This document shows, piece after piece, positions 59,342 through 64,000 of a stretch of DNA of 64,000 nucleotides. Position 1 is the first letter of the stretch. Each line of letters begins with the position of its first letter. Where the stretch lies: positions 2,529 to 66,528 of the forward strand of contig CAVCSV010000008.1 of the NCBI GenBank assembly GCA_963604715.1. Reading direction: 5' to 3'. A model generated the notes under the pieces. It searched no databases and was not told the origin of the DNA. It worked only from the letters and a program-made list of their open reading frames with translations. The stretch comes from Limosilactobacillus gorillae. GTDB taxonomy: Bacteria > Pseudomonadota > Alphaproteobacteria > CAAGCB01 > CAG-977. Both the position numbers and the translations under genes were made by a program.

Positions 59342-60432
59342 TGTTTTGCTCCTTGGAAAATTCGCAAAAGGTTATAAAACAAAGCAAGGGCGATTAAAAC
59401 AAAAATCGGCAGGGGAGCGAACGAAACGATGTCTTTTTCGGAAAAAACGAAATCCGTGTACGGGTTGAGCGTGAAAAACGCGGGGATGAACAGCCAAAGC
59501 GGCGGATTTTTACCCGATTCGCTTTTTTCAAGCGTTGCCGCCGACACAACCCACGCCGCCAAAATCAAGCTTTCCCACCGTCCCCAGTTCGGCAGGGAAA
59601 ACAGCAATAAAGGCGCGTAAACGGCGGGATGTTTGAACAGCTTTTTCGGTAAACACCAAACAATCGGCACGGCGGTCAGGATTATCGCAAGCAAACTGAG
59701 CGGCACAATCCGCGTTTTGAAAAACGACAGCCAGTCCGCATAGGAATCGGCAAAATTCGCGTAATATTTCATCGACAAAGCAAACGGATTCGCTTCGCCC
59801 GTGATATATTTGACCGCCAGTCCCAAATCCGCATCCCAAGCCGTTTCCACCGCTTGTTCGACATCGCGGGGAAAGGCGGTCAAGGCGGCATAAACCACGC
59901 CGAACACTAAAAAATACGGAATCGTTTTTTTGTGCCGCGTCATGACCAAAGGGGCGAAAAACAGCGCTTCTTCGTGAATCAAAGTCGCCAAAGTCATCCA
60001 CACGGCGGCGGCGAGCGGCTTTTGCGCGCGCATGGCGGCGATGAAGCCCAACAAAACAAAAGCGTCCTTGCGCAATCCCGCCGTCGGGTAAACAACGCCG
60101 TACAGCAATACGGACGATGACAGCAAAATCAACAGACGCGTCCGTGGATTCGGCAGGTCAAGCGCCGTTTTCGCAAACAAAAAAACGGCGGCGGCATACG
60201 ACAAGCAAATCAGACCGCACAACGCTTCGGCGGCATACGGGCGGCAAAGCAGTCCGATTTCACCCAGCAGTCCGCGGCGGATAAAGCCGCCCCGCCAGTT
60301 CAGCATCAGCTCCTGCCACGGATAAGTCGTCGGAAAATCGGTAATCAGCGGCACGACGGACAGCGCGAAAAATACCGTGAAAACAGCCGTCCACGCCCAA
60401 GCGGACTTGGGATTTTCACACCAATCGAACAT
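59311..60432 (-). CDS. Polytopic membrane protein (373 aa, nine or more TM helices); a possible GT-C-like glycosyltransferase
   Basis: Multiple TM helices with a conserved-looking first periplasmic loop. Its start overlaps the hisF stop. No family was recognised with confidence. Confidence 0.5.
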   Translation of the reverse strand: MFDWCENPKSAWAWTAVFTVFFALSVVPLITDFPTTYPWQELMLNWRGGFIRRGLLGEIGLLCRPYAAEALCGLICLSYAAAVFLFAKTALDLPNPRTRLLILLSSSVLLYGVVYPTAGLRKDAFVLLGFIAAMRAQKPLAAAVWMTLATLIHEEALFFAPLVMTRHKKTIPYFLVFGVVYAALTAFPRDVEQAVETAWDADLGLAVKYITGEANPFALSMKYYANFADSYADWLSFFKTRIVPLSLLAIILTAVPIVWCLPKKLFKHPAVYAPLLLFSLPNWGRWESLILAAWVVSAATLEKSESGKNPPLWLFIPAFFTLNPYTDFVFSEKDIVSFAPLPIFVLIALALFYNLLRIFQGAKQWITSKASGS

Positions 60433-61177
60433 TGACGCCGCAGTCTTTCAGGGCTTGTTTCAAAACGGGGACGGGCAAAGTGCCGAAATGGAAAATCGAT
60501 GCCGCCAAAGCCGCGTCGGCGCATCCTTTTTCAAACACGTCGACAAAGTGCTGCAGATTCGCCCCCGCGCCGCCCGAAGCGATGACGGGGATACGGACGC
60601 TTTGCGATATTTCGGCGGTAATCGGCAAATCGAATCCCTGCTGCGTGCCGTCCGCGTCCATTGACGTTAACAGGATTTCCCCCGCCCCAAAACTTTCGAC
60701 CGTTTTCGCCCAGTCAAGCGCTTTCAGCTCTGTTTTATGCTTGCCCGCGCGGGTGACGACGAAATATTCGCCGTCGTATTTTTTGACGTCTATGGCAACC
60801 GTAATGCATTGCGACCCGAACTTGCCCGCGGCTTGTTCGATTAAAGCGGGTTTTTCGACGGCGGCGGAATTGACGGACACTTTGTCCGCGCCCGCCATCA
60901 ATAAATTGTGAATGTCGTCCAAAGTGCGGATTCCGCCCCCGACGGCAAAGGGGATAAAGACGTTTTTGGCGACTTGCTCCACAACGTCCAGCATGGTTTT
61001 GCGCCCGTCGTTCGTCGCGGTGATGTCCAGCAAAACCAGTTCGTCCGCCCCCTGTTCCGAATAGCGTTTCGCCAGTTCCACGGCATTGCCCGCATAGCGC
61101 AGGTTTTCAAAGTTGACGCCTTTGACCGTTTGCCCGTCCTTGACGTCCAAGCACGGAATAATGCGTTTCGTAATCAT
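60416..61177 (-). CDS. hisF: Imidazole glycerol phosphate synthase cyclase subunit HisF (or a paralogue)
   Basis: [11 protein letters not shown]…SGGAG (beta-alpha)8 barrel. The start is taken at the ATG overlapping the hisH stop (ATGA). Confidence 0.85.
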   Translation of the reverse strand: MITKRIIPCLDVKDGQTVKGVNFENLRYAGNAVELAKRYSEQGADELVLLDITATNDGRKTMLDVVEQVAKNVFIPFAVGGGIRTLDDIHNLLMAGADKVSVNSAAVEKPALIEQAAGKFGSQCITVAIDVKKYDGEYFVVTRAGKHKTELKALDWAKTVESFGAGEILLTSMDADGTQQGFDLPITAEISQSVRIPVIASGGAGANLQHFVDVFEKGCADAALAASIFHFGTLPVPVLKQALKDCGVNVRLV

Positions 61178-61758
61178 GCGAACACCCACCTTTTCAGCGT
61201 ATCGCGCCCGACTTGCCCGCTTTTTTCGGGATGAAACTGTGTCGCCGTAACGTTTTTGTGCTGAATCGCCGCCGTAAAAGGAACATGATAGTCGGCGACG
61301 GCGGATATAATCGCCGAATCGGCGGGGACAACGTGGTACGAGTTCACAAAGTAATAAAAATCGTTGCTTAAAAAAGTGTTTGCCGCCGCGGTTTGAATTT
61401 TGTTCCAGCCGATTTGGGGGACTTTTCCCGTTTGAAAACGGACGGCTTTTCCTTTGAATATCTTCAATCCTTGGACGTTCGGCGCTTCCTCGGACGAATC
61501 GAACAGGACTTGCAGTCCGACGCAGATTCCGAAAAACGGCACGCCTTTTTCAATCACGGCTTTCAAAGGGGCGGTCAGCCCTTTTTGATTCAGCGACTCC
61601 ATGACTTGCCCGAAATGACCCTGTCCGGGGAACAGCAGTTTTTCTGCCTGTTCGATTTTGTCGGCTTTGTCTGTCAAAACAAACGGAACGCCGAAGCTTT
61701 CCAACAAATTGACGACGCTTTTCAAATTGCCGCCGCCGTAATCCAATACCGTCAGCAT
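61174..61758 (-). CDS. hisH: Imidazole glycerol phosphate synthase glutaminase subunit HisH (or a paralogue)
   Basis: Class-I glutamine amidotransferase (GICVGLQ, catalytic HPEKS). It is directly adjacent to hisF with no hisA between. Confidence 0.85.
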   Translation of the reverse strand: MLTVLDYGGGNLKSVVNLLESFGVPFVLTDKADKIEQAEKLLFPGQGHFGQVMESLNQKGLTAPLKAVIEKGVPFFGICVGLQVLFDSSEEAPNVQGLKIFKGKAVRFQTGKVPQIGWNKIQTAAANTFLSNDFYYFVNSYHVVPADSAIISAVADYHVPFTAAIQHKNVTATQFHPEKSGQVGRDTLKRWVFA

Positions 61759-61759
61759 T

Positions 61760-62605
61760 TTATCCCCAATACAGCAATCCGAGCATGACCAGCCCGTACA
61801 AAGCAACCAAACCGCACAGCGTTTTGTCGCTGAGCAGCACGTCGACGGGATCGGCGTATTTTTGCGTTTCGACGTTCAAGCCGTACTTCATGCAAATCAC
61901 AATGACCAAAGGCACCGTCCAAATCGTTCCGACGGAGTGCAAAGCGGACGGCGACATCGCCCACAGCGCATAAAAAGCAATCGTCAGCGTTTGGCAAACG
62001 GTCATATACTTGTCCAGAAAATCGGGCGTGTAGAACTTTAAAACGCCTTTGCTTTCGCCCGCCAGCAAATCGTTGCGCCGCTTGCCCAGCGCCAGATAAC
62101 ACGCCATTGTCATTACGGTCATATACAGCCATGGCGACACTTCTTCGTCAATCAGCGCCGCGCCGTAAAACAGACGGACGATAAAGCCCGACACCAGCAA
62201 AACGATGTCCAGAACGGGAATTTTCTTTGCCCCGCGGCTGTAGGCGAGGTTGACCAGAAAATACGCAACCAGCAAGGCTTCCGCCGTGCCGTTTTGCAAA
62301 GCCGCCGCGCCGCCGAACGCCGCAAGCATCAGCAAAGCAAACAAAGCTTTTGCCGTTTTTTCCGAAACGGTTTTTGCGGCAAGAGGGCGGAATTTTTTGA
62401 CTTCGTGCAGTCGGTCGGATTCCATGTCCGCCAAATCGTTCATCACATAAACCGCCGAAGCAAGGAAGCAAAAACACAGTGTTCCCGCCGCCGTTGCAAT
62501 CAAATCTGCGGGATTTGTCAGCCGACCGCCGAAAATCAGCGGCAAAAAAATCAGTCCGTTTTTTATCCAATGGTGCGGGCGCAGCAGTTTCAAGACGGGA
62601 AGCAT
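61760..62605 (-). CDS. UbiA-family decaprenyl-phosphate 5-phosphoribosyltransferase-like protein (DPPR synthase/Rv3806c/NoeC-like)
   Basis: LRPHHWIKNGLIFLPLIFG…ASAVYVMNDLADMESDRLHEVKKFRPLAAK closely parallels the DPPR synthase signature (…VNDxxDxExDRxHxxKxxRPxAAG). Seven to eight TM helices. The start is at MLPVLKLL. Confidence 0.7.
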   Translation of the reverse strand: MLPVLKLLRPHHWIKNGLIFLPLIFGGRLTNPADLIATAAGTLCFCFLASAVYVMNDLADMESDRLHEVKKFRPLAAKTVSEKTAKALFALLMLAAFGGAAALQNGTAEALLVAYFLVNLAYSRGAKKIPVLDIVLLVSGFIVRLFYGAALIDEEVSPWLYMTVMTMACYLALGKRRNDLLAGESKGVLKFYTPDFLDKYMTVCQTLTIAFYALWAMSPSALHSVGTIWTVPLVIVICMKYGLNVETQKYADPVDVLLSDKTLCGLVALYGLVMLGLLYWG

Positions 62606-62815
62606 TGATTTCTCCTTTTTCCAAAGAATAGAAATTTTCGGCGCACAAGGCAATTTTTTTATTTTGGCGGAAAAGGACGCATTCCTTGGGAGCATTATCC
62701 TGTCAAATCAAACGGTCATTTGATTTAGAGAAAATTCAAGATTGTATTTGCAAACAAAACCGCGGGGTGCTATGCAAAAAGTCTAATGACCGTTTGTTCT
62801 ATAGGGGAAAATCCA

Positions 62816-64000
62816 TGAAACTGTCAAAAACCGCTTTGCGTGAACTGTCCGCGAAATACCGTGCCGTATTGATGAAATGCGCGCTGATGAATATGATGAT
62901 TTTTGCAGGCGCGCTGATGCCGCACACGGCGGAAGCAAGGGAATTGACAGCAGACGATAAAAGAGAAAACAATTCTATCGTCTTTACGACCGAAGACAGC
63001 ATTTTTGACGGAAAGGGCAAATACACCGTTTCCAGCACGAACGATACCACAATGACCGTCATAGGTGACGGCACGTTGAAAAACATCACGTTGGAAGCAA
63101 AAAAAATTGATGCGTCCCAATCTTTGACATTGAACATTATCGACTCTACCCTGAACTCCGACTCGATTGAGGCAAAGAACATCAACGTAAACGGCACATT
63201 GACCGTTACAGATACGGATACTTTTTCTGCCGACTGCATTACGGGTGCGGACGGTGCAGAGGTTCATTTTCGGTCAAAAAGCACCATGAGCCTGAAAAGC
63301 AGTAATGGAAAACTGAAAATCTCGAATGTTTTACTGGATTTTGAGAAGACGGATATCAATTTTCAAGATGCCGATTTTACGAACACTCGAATGAAAACGA
63401 GTCTGGAGCTTCCCGACTCCATCAGGTTTGGTTATGCCTCGTTTAACGGAAACAACACCATAACAGCTAACAGTATTTTGGCGCCTTCAATTACCGTTTC
63501 AGTCAACGGCAGCCTGACGTTGAAAAATCTGGACGGCACGGGCAACGGTTTGCTGACGGGCGGATTAAATCTGTACGGGCATTTCACGGGCGACATGAAG
63601 GACGGAATATTAAACCTTAACGCTTGTTCCGACTGGTCGTTCAATGGAAAATTGAATGTTGACAAGGTTGATGCTTATTTTATCGATGGCGACGCCCTCG
63701 ATATGTCAAATTTAAAATTGGCGGCGGGTTCGTCCATAAACGTTCTGTCAATCAGCAACAAAATCAGCAACGAATCCAGCATCACGACGTCCCGCATGAT
63801 TGTCAATTCCGACCTTTCTGTTAATGAATTACAGATTTATAACTCCAATACTTCTGCGAAAACCGTAGCACAGATCACCGGAACGGGAACGTTGAAAACG
63901 GAAACCATTTATCAAGAGGACTACGCGCATTCAAACGATGTAACCGTTCATTTCGACGGGATCAACATCTCCGCCCTGAAGAACGATCTGACGTTTGACG
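62816..64000 (+). CDS. Large surface protein with an autotransporter-like extended signal peptide and a repetitive beta-helical passenger region. It is partial: the 3' end runs off the window.
   Basis: The frame is open from the ATG at 62816 to the window end (over 394 codons) and is absent from the ORF track. The N-terminus is MKLSKTALRELSAKYRAVLMKCALMNMMIFAGAL. T/N/S/G-rich repeats are present (TLKN…, NGTLTVTDTDT…). Its AT content is visibly higher than its surroundings. Confidence 0.6.

Noticed and set aside
60416-61758. Considered annotating hisH/hisF simply as the housekeeping histidine operon
   Set aside because: This is not rejected outright. However, the absence of hisA between them and of hisB, hisD and hisE in the vicinity, together with tight coupling to a DPPR-synthase-like gene and membrane proteins, argues against a standard his operon. 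Both possibilities are kept in the findings.

Overview
This 64 kb window looks like an alphaproteobacterial chromosomal segment, apparently adjacent to the replication origin. Support for that reading: the secB/Tim44-like/mltA/smr/mnmE-mnmG neighbourhood, the maf-aroE-coaE-dnaQ block next to a DnaA-box-rich intergenic region beside rho, the rph-rdgB-hemW and hrcA-grpE pairs, the mreBCD-mrdA-rodA morphogenesis operon, dnaX-ybaB-recR with an SRP (4.5S) RNA upstream, and fabD-fabG-acpP-fabF-mltG. Nearly all of the sequence is coding and genes are tightly packed, often with ATGA overlaps. Several accessory modules sit among the housekeeping genes. The first is a diguanylate cyclase with a long acidic tail and a degenerate-GGDEF/EAL phosphodiesterase, followed by three translationally coupled lipoproteins, two of which carry PEGA domains. 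The second is a cluster of four Sel1-repeat secreted proteins around dsbD, one fused to a SPOR domain. The third is a standalone MurD-like ligase coupled to a PP-loop ATPase, which looks like MurD2/MurL. The fourth is a pyruvoyl-dependent arginine decarboxylase plus an ArcD-family antiporter next to a divergent porin, resembling the chlamydial AaxABC system. The fifth is a five-gene operon: a DPPR-synthase-like UbiA phosphoribosyltransferase, a hisH/hisF pair with no hisA, hisB or hisE nearby, a multi-spanning membrane protein and a YgjV-like protein. This last operon is the best candidate for an undescribed surface-glycan or lipid modification pathway. The window ends in a lower-GC, partial autotransporter-like gene that the ORF track does not list. 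I saw no tRNA or rRNA genes, no CRISPR array and no IS element. Many long antisense ORFs in the track are artefacts of high-GC coding sequence.
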